32,000 bases of DNA from the NCBI RefSeq assembly GCF_000016745.1, contig NC_009483.1, forward strand, positions 3,540,001 to 3,572,000. The letters are read 5' to 3'. The stretch is from Geotalea uraniireducens Rf4. GTDB taxonomy: Bacteria; Desulfobacterota; Desulfuromonadia; Geobacterales; Geobacteraceae. Positions 1 to 6,761 of the stretch are shown piece by piece. Position numbers and translations under genes: made by a program. Below the pieces are notes generated by a model. The model was not told where the DNA came from and did not search any database. It saw only the letters and a program-made list of their open reading frames with translations. Each line of letters starts with the position of its first letter. The first letter of the stretch is position 1.

Positions 1-293
1 CCGAGCATGATCGACTTGAGGCCGCTGCCGCAGACCTTGTTGATGGTCATGGCGTGAACGCCGTCAGGGATTCCCGCCAGCCGCATTGCCTGGCGTGCCG
101 GCGCTTGGCCCGCCCCGCCGGATAATACCTGACCAAGGATTACTTCGCTGACTGCCGCCGGGTCAAGACCGGTCCGTTCCAGCGCGGCACCGATGACCGT
201 TGCCGCCAGCTTCGGCGCTTCCACGTCCGACAGCACGCCGCCAAAAGAACCGAATGGAGTTCTCAGGGATTCAACCACAAACACGTCTTTCAT
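1..293 (-). CDS. acetyl-CoA C-acetyltransferase (thiolase), N-terminal fragment; gene runs off the window start
   Basis: Manual reverse translation from the ATG at 293-291 gives MKDVFVVESLRTPFGSFGGVLSDVEAPKLAATVIGAALERTGLDPAAVSEVILGQVLSGGAGQAPARQAMRLAGIPDGVHAMTINKVCGSGLKSIML. This contains the thiolase nucleophile-Cys context NKVCGSGL. GGAGG lies 6 nt upstream of the ATG. The ORF track omits it because the window edge cuts the ORF. Confidence 0.85.
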   Translation of the reverse strand, partial: MKDVFVVESLRTPFGSFGGVLSDVEAPKLAATVIGAALERTGLDPAAVSEVILGQVLSGGAGQAPARQAMRLAGIPDGVHAMTINKVCGSGLKSIML

Positions 294-549
294 CGCCAAC
301 CTCCACAAGCCGAAATTTGATTCAAGTATAAGAGCAGTTTACGTGCATGTCAATCAAATTTAAAACATGTTTCTACAATATGATAAATTTTTCTTTGCTA
401 CGCGCACAACCCCCTTGCCTACAGGCGCTTTACTGAAAGTAAAAATGTTTGTATTGTATTTGCTTTCCAAACCCACGCACGTCTCGCGATAATTTGACGT
501 AAAGGGAATGCACGTACAAACGACTTCCATCACCAGTGCAATACTACCA

Positions 550-645
550 GAAAATACGAAAGGGGCATGTTGCCCGTCACACCTGACCGGACAACATGCC
601 CCTTCGAAAACTCCCTTTTACTTTTTTTCAATCGTGCGCTGCCTG
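550..645 (+). repeat. 96-bp hairpin-containing repeat, copy 1 (left flank of the AT-rich cassette)
   Basis: gaaaatacgaaaGGGGCATGTTGcccgtcacacctgaccggaCAACATGCCCCttcgaaaact...gcgctgcctg recurs at 1917-2012 with about 5 mismatches in 96 nt. It contains an 11-bp perfect stem that extends with bulges. Confidence 0.9.
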
Positions 646-752
646 CCAGGTTTTAGGAAAAAAATGGGGAAATTTTTTAATGCTGTGGAGGCAGGAGTCT
701 TGGATCATGTTTAGACGTTAAAAGAATTTGCAAGTTATTTACGAACTTTAGG

Positions 753-807
753 TTGACAAATAATCACAATATGGTTTACAAATAATATATAAAATGTTTA
801 CAATAAT
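753..807 (+). promoter_or_regulatory. three phased direct repeats TT(G/T)ACAA(A)TAAT overlapping sigma70-like promoters for the 824 gene
   Basis: The motif starts at 753, 775 and 797, exactly 22 bp apart. One candidate promoter is TTTACA (775-780), an 18-nt spacer and TACAAT (799-804), about 20 nt before the ATG at 824. A second is TTGACA (753-758), 18 nt and TACAAA (777-782). Confidence 0.5.
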
Positions 808-823
808 TTAAACGAGGTCGATC

Positions 824-1864
824 ATGGATATAAAAGATTTCATTTTGGAAGCCATTTACCAAAATAAAACAGGGCACCTTTCGCAGACAATAGCCGAAAA
901 ATTCAATATCACCCGGCAAGCAGCACAAAAACATATCAAACAACTTGTCGATGCTGGCATTCTTATTATGACTGGTTCTACAAAATCAGCAAAATATGAG
1001 TTTGTCAAAATTGTAAGTGAGCAGAAACGTTTTGATTTATCTCCAGGAATAACTGAAGATTTTCCATGGCGTACATTTGTCAGGCCGCTGCTGGACAATT
1101 TGCCGGGAAATATTATATCAATTTGTCAGTATGGTTTTACCGAGATGTTTAATAATGCCATTGACCATTCCGGAGGTAGTAGCGTTCTGGTGTCTGTTGA
1201 GAGAACAGCATACAATATAGAGTTAGTGGTAAGTGATGACGGTATTGGCATTTTCCGTAAAATAACTAATGATTTCAAGCTTGATGATGAATTACATGCA
1301 ATACTCGAACTTTCGAAAGGGAAATTAACCTCAGACCCTTCTCGTCACAGTGGAGAAGGTATCTTTTTTACCAGCAGGATGTTTGACCGCTATAACATAA
1401 TATCTGGGAAACTACATTTTTCGCATACATTAACAAATACAGATTGGTTGCATGAAGGGAACAACCCGCACACAGGGACAGGCGTTATTATGGATATAAG
1501 AATTTCTAGTGAACGAACAACACGGGCGATTTTCAACGAATTTGCAACTGTTGACCATCCCGGTTTTTATAAAACCATTGTTCCGGTATACCTAGCCCAG
1601 TACGGGGATGAGAATATGATTTCCCGTTCTCAGGCAAAACGAGTTCTGGCGCGTGTGGAGAAGTTTAGAGAGGTTGTCCTTGATTTTGAAAGGGTAAAAG
1701 AAATCGGGCAAGCTTTTGCCGATGAAATTTTCAGAGTTTTTAGACTGGCAAATCCTCACGTACATCTTATTCCAGTTAATGCAAATGAGTCCGTTCAATG
1801 GATGATTGACCGCGCCATCGCTTCCAGTGATGCGGAAGTTAATCAACTTAGTGTTAAAGATTGA
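824..1864 (+). CDS. wHTH - GHKL (histidine-kinase-like) ATPase - STAS-like (DUF4325-type) fusion protein
   Basis: 346-aa ORF. The N-terminus resembles a winged HTH (LSQTIAEKFNITRQAAQKHIKQLVDAGIL). GHKL motifs are present: N-box FTEMFNNAIDHSGG, G1 VSDDGIGIF and G2 SGEGIFFTS. The C-terminus (SRSQAKRVLARVEKFREVVLDFERVKEIGQAFADEIF) resembles STAS-like DUF4325. GAGG precedes the ATG. The gene is markedly AT-rich relative to its flanks. Confidence 0.8.
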   Translation: MDIKDFILEAIYQNKTGHLSQTIAEKFNITRQAAQKHIKQLVDAGILIMTGSTKSAKYEFVKIVSEQKRFDLSPGITEDFPWRTFVRPLLDNLPGNIISICQYGFTEMFNNAIDHSGGSSVLVSVERTAYNIELVVSDDGIGIFRKITNDFKLDDELHAILELSKGKLTSDPSRHSGEGIFFTSRMFDRYNIISGKLHFSHTLTNTDWLHEGNNPHTGTGVIMDIRISSERTTRAIFNEFATVDHPGFYKTIVPVYLAQYGDENMISRSQAKRVLARVEKFREVVLDFERVKEIGQAFADEIFRVFRLANPHVHLIPVNANESVQWMIDRAIASSDAEVNQLSVKD

Positions 1865-1916
1865 TTCAACGCATTCCAAACCGAGACACTTCCTATTTTT
1901 TAAAGGAGGTGAGTTG

Positions 1917-1969
1917 GAAAATACGAAAGGGGCATGCTGCCCGTCACACTTGACCGGACAACATGCCCC
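1917..1969 (-). terminator. probable intrinsic terminator of the MCP gene, formed by repeat copy 2
   Basis: On the minus strand the hairpin GGGGCATGTTGTCCGGTCA...TGACGGGCAGCATGCCCC (1969-1929) is followed directly by TTTCGTATTTTC. It sits about 80 nt downstream of the MCP stop at 2051. Confidence 0.45.
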
Positions 1970-2012
1970 TTCGAAAACTGCCTTTTGCTTTTTTTCAATC
2001 GTTCGCTGCCTG
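1917..2012 (+). repeat. 96-bp hairpin-containing repeat, copy 2 (right flank of the AT-rich cassette)
   Basis: About 95% identical to 550-645 in the same orientation. It lies between the convergent genes 824..1864 (+) and 2051..3742 (-). Confidence 0.9.
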
Positions 2013-2050
2013 GCGGCAGAAATGGAGAAGCAGCGGTACGCCGCCGGCTC

Positions 2051-3742
2051 CTACGTATTGAACTGTGTAACCAATCCCTTCAGTTCTTCCGATAGCTCGG
2101 AAAGCTGGGCCGCAGCAAGACTGACCTCCTGCGAGCTCTTGGCACTCATTTGCACCACATCGGAGATAGACTGGATGTTATTGGTAATCTCACGGGTTGT
2201 TGCGGTTTGCTCCTCGGCTGCCGTTGCAATCTGATTTATCTGCATCGTCACGCCGCTTATCTGAATGAGGATTTCTTCCAGCGCTTCGCCTGACTTGGCA
2301 GCCTCTGTCGTGCCCACTTCAACCTCCTTGACCCCCTCCTCCATCGCCTTGACAGCCAGCTTGGTTTCGGACTGAATGTTCTTGATCATTTCGCCGATTT
2401 CCCGGGTAGCCTTGGTGGTCCGCTCTGCAAGGGCACGCACCTCGTCGGCGACAACGGCAAAGCCCCTACCCTGCTCGCCGGCCCTGGCCGCCTCTATGGC
2501 CGCGTTAAGCGCCAGGAGATTGGTCTGGTCGGCTATATCTTCAATGGTGCCGACAATTTCACCGATCTGTTCCGAGCGGTTGCCGAGCAGTTCGACCACC
2601 TTTGCCGAATCCCTGACCTTTACTGCGATTTGATTCATGCCATTCACCGTCAACTTGACGATTTCAGCTCCCTTCTGCGCTGCGTTGCTGGCCTGCTCGG
2701 AGCTTGTCACCGCCATGTGGCAATTGTTGGCAATCTCGGAACTGGTGGCAGCCATCTCCTCGCTGGCTGTCGATACGCTTCCGGCCTGACTCACCACATC
2801 GCCGGAGTTTTCCGCTGTCTGCCTGGCGTTTGCCTGGAGTTCGGCAGAGGCTGCAGAAACCTCCATGGAACTGCGATTTACCCGTTCCATGATTATGCGG
2901 AGATTTTCGACCATCCGCTTCATGGCGCCGTAAATGCCGCATTCCGCATCATCCAGAGATACCGTCAAATCCCCTCTCGACACCCTTTCGGCGATGTCTT
3001 CAAGCAGCATCGGCTCGGTGCCGATATGCTGCAGCAGCCTTTTTGTCAAAAAGATCGATATTACAGAAATGCCGATCAAAATTACGAATGTCGCGCCGAG
3101 AATCTGATAAACACCCTTTTTCAGGGCGCGCAGATTTTCTTCGGCAGCTTTTGCCACGATCGCTTCGATGTCATCCACATAATTGCCGGTACCGATAACC
3201 CAGCCGAACGGGGCAAAAAGCCGGGAATAGCTCCTCTTGGGAAACGGCGTAGGACCATCTTTTTTCGGGTACCAGTAGTCGGTAAAGCCGCCATCCTGCT
3301 GCATGCCGTTCTTGATTATTTCCTGGATGAGGTATTTCCCCTTTGCATCCTGAAGATTGAAGCGATTGGTCCCCTCGATCGGCTTGCCGAGCATGACGAC
3401 GTTCACCCCTTCGGTGGTGTCGGCCCATATATAGCCGTCCTGGCCGTATTTGATGTTTCGCAACAGGTCAGCGCCCTGTTTTTTGGCTTCATCAAGGGTA
3501 ATTTCCCCCTTCTGGCTCCGCTCAAAGACCCGTTGCAGCATGCTTAGAGAAATCTCGACTTCGCTCCTGGCAAGCCGATCGAAGTCCGCATAGAGGGATT
3601 TCTTGTACGAACCTATAAAATTGTTATACGTCGTAAAATATTCCTTCAGGAATAATGCGCTTACGACCAGCGCCAGGACGATACTGCTCGCTAACACCAT
3701 CAACAGGACCTTGGTACGGAAACTTAACTGTTTTTTTACCAT
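2051..3742 (-). CDS. methyl-accepting chemotaxis protein with periplasmic single-Cache (sCache_2-like) sensor and HAMP
   Basis: 563-aa ORF with an N-terminal TM segment. Cache signature: [23 protein letters not shown]...[11 protein letters not shown]...[13 protein letters not shown] second TM segment and HAMP follow. The MCP signalling hairpin is conserved: [39 protein letters not shown]. Confidence 0.92.
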   Translation of the reverse strand: MVKKQLSFRTKVLLMVLASSIVLALVVSALFLKEYFTTYNNFIGSYKKSLYADFDRLARSEVEISLSMLQRVFERSQKGEITLDEAKKQGADLLRNIKYGQDGYIWADTTEGVNVVMLGKPIEGTNRFNLQDAKGKYLIQEIIKNGMQQDGGFTDYWYPKKDGPTPFPKRSYSRLFAPFGWVIGTGNYVDDIEAIVAKAAEENLRALKKGVYQILGATFVILIGISVISIFLTKRLLQHIGTEPMLLEDIAERVSRGDLTVSLDDAECGIYGAMKRMVENLRIIMERVNRSSMEVSAASAELQANARQTAENSGDVVSQAGSVSTASEEMAATSSEIANNCHMAVTSSEQASNAAQKGAEIVKLTVNGMNQIAVKVRDSAKVVELLGNRSEQIGEIVGTIEDIADQTNLLALNAAIEAARAGEQGRGFAVVADEVRALAERTTKATREIGEMIKNIQSETKLAVKAMEEGVKEVEVGTTEAAKSGEALEEILIQISGVTMQINQIATAAEEQTATTREITNNIQSISDVVQMSAKSSQEVSLAAAQLSELSEELKGLVTQFNT

Positions 3743-4104
3743 TGCTATACCCCCCGGTTTAAAACTGTCAGTAGTATAATTATCGGCTGACCCCGCCGAG
3801 ACTTAAGGAATTTTAAAACGTATTTTTATTATTTTTCAAACATGCCGTAGTGTTAATTAATAAATTTTTGCATGCTGCAAGATTACTCTAAATAAACCGC
3901 GTTTCGTTACGACCGATTACCTGTGAAAAAACAGTATGTTATAAAACTATCCATGCCACTTCAGTATACTATTGAATTTTAAATATGATGGTGGATTTGA
4001 GTAAGAAGAAGAACGATCTGTGTTGATCAGGCAAGCTGCCGGGCAACACGTAAAACAAGAAATTTTATTGTAAAATTTTTTAACAATTTATTATTGCCCG
4101 TTCC

Positions 4105-4132
4105 TTGACAAGAGTGAAAGTTCGGCTTTAAT
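4105..4132 (+). promoter_or_regulatory. sigma70-like promoter of the riboswitch-GT4 operon
   Basis: TTGACA (4105-4110), a 16-nt spacer and TTTAAT (4127-4132), placed just upstream of the structured leader. Confidence 0.45.
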
Positions 4133-4149
4133 TCTAAACAACCGACATA

Positions 4150-4235
4150 TAAATCCCGACAAAGCCAACCCCTTCGTGAGGGGGGGAACGGAAAGCCACG
4201 GGCCTCCGGAATGGAGACAGCCGAGCCGCCAAAGG
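4150..4235 (+). promoter_or_regulatory. candidate GEMM-I-type cyclic-dinucleotide riboswitch aptamer
   Basis: Reads CGACAAAGCCAACC, then the hairpin CCCCUUC-GUGA-GGGGGGG (4169-4186, GNRA loop), then AACGGAAAGCCACGGGCC, then a second hairpin CUCC-GGAAU-GGAG flanked by CGG...CCG. This order matches the GEMM-I consensus as I remember it (..GGCAAACC-stem-GNRA-stem-GGGACGCAAAGCC-CCGG..). Its 3' end overlaps the terminator stem. Confidence 0.5.
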
Positions 4236-4268
4236 AATGAAAACCTTTTTGCGCACTCGGTTTTTTTT
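4221..4268 (+). terminator. intrinsic terminator / riboswitch expression platform
   Basis: CCGAGCCGCCAAAGG (4221-4235) pairs with CCTTTTTGCGCACTCGG (4244-4260) across the loop AATGAAAA. Eight T follow (4261-4268). The structure lies 65 nt upstream of the ATG at 4333. Confidence 0.7.
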
Positions 4269-4332
4269 ATTTCGTAGAGAAGTCAAACTGCCGAGGAAAC
4301 GTTCAACAGCAAGTTATTAAAGGAGTTCGCAC

Positions 4333-6135
4333 ATGAAATTCATTTTTCCCTGTGTCGCTTCGTTCATGCTTACTGTCGTTATCACGCCGCTGGTCATCCG
4401 CTTTGCGAAGGCTTGCAAGTGCCTGGATGTACCGGGCGGGCGGCGGGCGCACAAAAAGGTAACCCCACGATGGGGGGGAGTGGCGTTCTTTGTCGGAGTG
4501 CTGCCATTTATGTTCATGGAAAACGAAAGCGGCGCCCTGACATCCTTCATCGTCGCTTCGTGCTTTCTGGTCGGCATGGGGATCATAGACGACCTTAAAT
4601 CGCTTGGATGGAAAACGAAATTTGCCGGTATGGCGATAGCTGCAACGATAGTCATATTTGGCGGGAATATCGCTGTGCATCACATCGGGACCTACGGTTC
4701 CCTGGGCAGGCTGGACCTGGGGCGGCTCAGTATCCCCTTTACCTACCTAAGCATCATCGGCATAACAAACGCCATCAACCTTCTCGACGGTCTTAACGGC
4801 CTTGCCGGCGGTGTATCGCTGCTGGGGTTTCTGTTTATGGGGATTGCCGCTGTCATCGCGGGCAATATCGTGGTTGCATTGGTCTGCTTCGCCTTCGTGG
4901 GAGCACTGGGCGCGTTTCTCCTTTATAACTTTCCCAACGCCAGGATCTTCATGGGGGACTCGGGAAGCACCTTTCTGGGCTTCTCCCTTTCCATCATGGC
5001 CGTATTCCTGACCCAGGATGCGAACTCGTCCGTGGATTCGATGTTCCCGGTACTCGTGCTTCTCATTCCCATATTCGATACTCTCCGGGTGCTTTTCGTG
5101 AGGCTCCTGAACGGAAAAAATCCGTTCCAGGCAGACAACCTTCACCTGCATTACCTGATCGTAGAAAACCTTTCACCTATGAAGGTGGCGCTTCTGTTCT
5201 GGTCATTGACGGCAGTGTTCGGCAGTATTGCTCTCACCCTTACCGGCAAGACGTCGGTGTCATACCTTGCCGTAGTGCTGTATGCCTCTTTGCTCTTGAG
5301 CCTGTTCGCCATAAGCCTTACACAGAGGCGGCCTCAGGAAAAAGGCCGTCTCAAGACGCTGCGGCCGGCCGGTATGAGCGCGGATTCGTCCGTCCTCATG
5401 CCGTATGACGATGCCGGCCCGGACTTTGCCCGAAAAGGAGAGATGATGATGACACTCAAATGGCTGGTGGTCCTGGGAATTGTGCTGCTGACCGCTCAGG
5501 TGAGCGCCGGGGAGCCGCAGGACCTCAAAACCCAGAAGGACAAGGTAAATTACGCCATCGGCGTCAACATGATCAACAGCTTGAAGATGCAAGGTGTCGA
5601 GATCGACCTGGACCTCGTGATAAAGGGAATGAGGGACGCGCACTCGGGCGGAAAGCTCCTCCTGCCCGATGACGAGCTCCGCAAATCCATAGGCGTGTAT
5701 CAGACTGCGGCCCGGCAGAAGCAGGCAATGGTCAGGGTGATCGCGGCGGATGAGAACAAGAAGGCGGGCGAGGCGTTCCTGGCTGCGAATGCGCAGAAGG
5801 AAGGGGTGGTGACCCTGCCGAGCGGGTTGCAGTACAAGACCCTCAAGGCTGGTGACGGCATGAAACCGACGGATGCGGACACGGTGGAGGTCAACTACCG
5901 GGGGGCTCTCATCAACGGGACCGAGTTTGACAGTACCGAACCAGGGAAACCCGCGGCCTTGAAGGTTGCCCAACTCATCGCCGGCTGGAAGGAGGCGATG
6001 AAGCTCATGCCGGTGGGCTCGAAGTGGCAGATCTTCATTCCTTCCCGGCTCGCTTACGGTGAGCGGGGATCGGGAAAACAAATCGGGCCGAACGCAACGC
6101 TCGTTTTTGAAGTGGAGCTCCTCGCCATCAAGTGA
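4333..6135 (+). CDS. GT4-family polyprenyl-phosphate HexNAc-1-phosphate transferase (WecA/MraY-like) continuing in frame, with no stop, into an FKBP-type PPIase
   Basis: 600-aa uninterrupted ORF. Residues 1 to about 335 are multi-TM and carry GT4 motifs: VTPRWGGVAFF, NAINLLDGLNGLAGG and FMGDSGSTFLGF. Residues from about 371 onward form a complete Mip/FkpA-like protein. AGGAG lies 6 nt before the ATG at 4333. Confidence 0.8.
   Translation: MKFIFPCVASFMLTVVITPLVIRFAKACKCLDVPGGRRAHKKVTPRWGGVAFFVGVLPFMFMENESGALTSFIVASCFLVGMGIIDDLKSLGWKTKFAGMAIAATIVIFGGNIAVHHIGTYGSLGRLDLGRLSIPFTYLSIIGITNAINLLDGLNGLAGGVSLLGFLFMGIAAVIAGNIVVALVCFAFVGALGAFLLYNFPNARIFMGDSGSTFLGFSLSIMAVFLTQDANSSVDSMFPVLVLLIPIFDTLRVLFVRLLNGKNPFQADNLHLHYLIVENLSPMKVALLFWSLTAVFGSIALTLTGKTSVSYLAVVLYASLLLSLFAISLTQRRPQEKGRLKTLRPAGMSADSSVLMPYDDAGPDFARKGEMMMTLKWLVVLGIVLLTAQVSAGEPQDLKTQKDKVNYAIGVNMINSLKMQGVEIDLDLVIKGMRDAHSGGKLLLPDDELRKSIGVYQTAARQKQAMVRVIAADENKKAGEAFLAANAQKEGVVTLPSGLQYKTLKAGDGMKPTDADTVEVNYRGALINGTEFDSTEPGKPAALKVAQLIAGWKEAMKLMPVGSKWQIFIPSRLAYGERGSGKQIGPNATLVFEVELLAIK
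5443..6135 (+). CDS. FKBP-type peptidyl-prolyl cis-trans isomerase (Mip/FkpA-like) with its own signal peptide; possible independent translation from an internal start
   Basis: AAGGAG (5435-5440) precedes the triple ATG at 5443/5446/5449. The product starts MMMTLKWLVVLGIVLLTAQVSAGEP (signal peptide). An FKBP_N dimerisation helix region follows, then the FKBP core VEVNYRGALINGTEFDS...IAGWKEAMKLMPVGSKWQIFIPSRLAYGERG...ATLVFEVELL. Confidence 0.6.
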   Translation: MMMTLKWLVVLGIVLLTAQVSAGEPQDLKTQKDKVNYAIGVNMINSLKMQGVEIDLDLVIKGMRDAHSGGKLLLPDDELRKSIGVYQTAARQKQAMVRVIAADENKKAGEAFLAANAQKEGVVTLPSGLQYKTLKAGDGMKPTDADTVEVNYRGALINGTEFDSTEPGKPAALKVAQLIAGWKEAMKLMPVGSKWQIFIPSRLAYGERGSGKQIGPNATLVFEVELLAIK

Positions 6136-6200
6136 TTCGGGGCTGAACCTGCGGCCGCGGTCTTGACTGTTTTCCGGGGGGAGAGGGAGGTAGGGAAATC

Positions 6201-6650
6201 ATGGGAAGAATTGTGTTGGTGGCGATGGTGTTATTGCCTCGCATGGTCTTCGCCGCTACCGACTGCCGGGTTGTCGAATATCCGGACCATTACGAGGCTG
6301 TGTGTGTAGGAAGTGAAAAATACGGACCTGTGCAGGCGAAAACGGCCGTGCAGGAAAAGGCACCTCCGCAGGCACAGACACCCGTGCAGGCCCAGGAAGC
6401 AGCGCAGGCACAGACAGCTGCGAAAGCCCCATCACCTGCCGTGCAAGCGCTCATTGCTTATAGAGAGCGCTTGCCGAATAAATCACTCAGGGATGCCGCA
6501 AAAGCATCGAGAATGAGGCTGATACAGGAGGAACGGCAGAAGCAGCTTGATAAACCGGCCAAGGTTGATCCCCCCATGCCCGACATGATGCCGGATTCAA
6601 ACCCTGCGATCGGATCATTCGGCACGATGGACAGTGAAAGCGGCAATTGA
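6201..6650 (+). CDS. small secreted hypothetical protein with a Pro/Gln/Ala-rich low-complexity centre
   Basis: 149-aa ORF. GGGAGG lies upstream of the ATG. Signal peptide: MGRIVLVAMVLLPRMVFA-AT. I recognise no family. Confidence 0.6.
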   Translation: MGRIVLVAMVLLPRMVFAATDCRVVEYPDHYEAVCVGSEKYGPVQAKTAVQEKAPPQAQTPVQAQEAAQAQTAAKAPSPAVQALIAYRERLPNKSLRDAAKASRMRLIQEERQKQLDKPAKVDPPMPDMMPDSNPAIGSFGTMDSESGN

Positions 6651-6761
6651 ACGCGGATAAATGCAGATTTAAGTCAAAACCGAAAATCACCGGGCGGAAC
6701 AATGGTCAACGATGAAACAACAGGAACATGGGTGCAATCAAGCACAAAAGGAGGGAATATC

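Noticed and set aside
508-714. 68-aa ORF (and the related N-terminal part of ORF 1806..2234) sharing the peptide ENTKGACCPSHLTGQHAPSKT
   Set aside because: The shared peptide is simply the translation of the 96-bp hairpin repeat. There is no SD, the composition is odd, and the second ORF runs antisense into the MCP gene. I treat both as non-coding repeats.
550-2012. Integron-like gene cassette with attC sites (imperfect hairpins with bulged bases flanking one ORF)
   Set aside because: I could not find the R'/R'' core sites (GTTRRRY / RYYYAAC) at the hairpin ends. There is no intI and no cassette array in the window. The hairpin works well as an ordinary terminator, so I report it only as a direct-repeat-flanked insertion.
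2376-3547. Plus-strand ORFs 2376..2633 and 2630..3547 (305 aa), and minus-strand alternative-frame ORFs inside the first MCP gene
   Set aside because: These are shadow ORFs of a GC-rich gene. They are Arg/Gly/His/Cys-rich with no recognisable domain, while the minus-strand frame gives a textbook MCP.
5260-6081. 273-aa minus-strand ORF opposite the FKBP region, plus other short ORFs at 4303-5151
   Set aside because: They are antisense or off-frame to a clear GT4/FKBP reading frame, with Arg/His/Pro-rich composition and no start context.
6702-6761. Upstream extension of the oxidase ORF ([20 protein letters not shown])
   Set aside because: The strong SD AAAGGAGGG sits inside this extension, 6 nt before the ATG at 6762, and the signal peptide starts there. 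The extension is probably untranslated.
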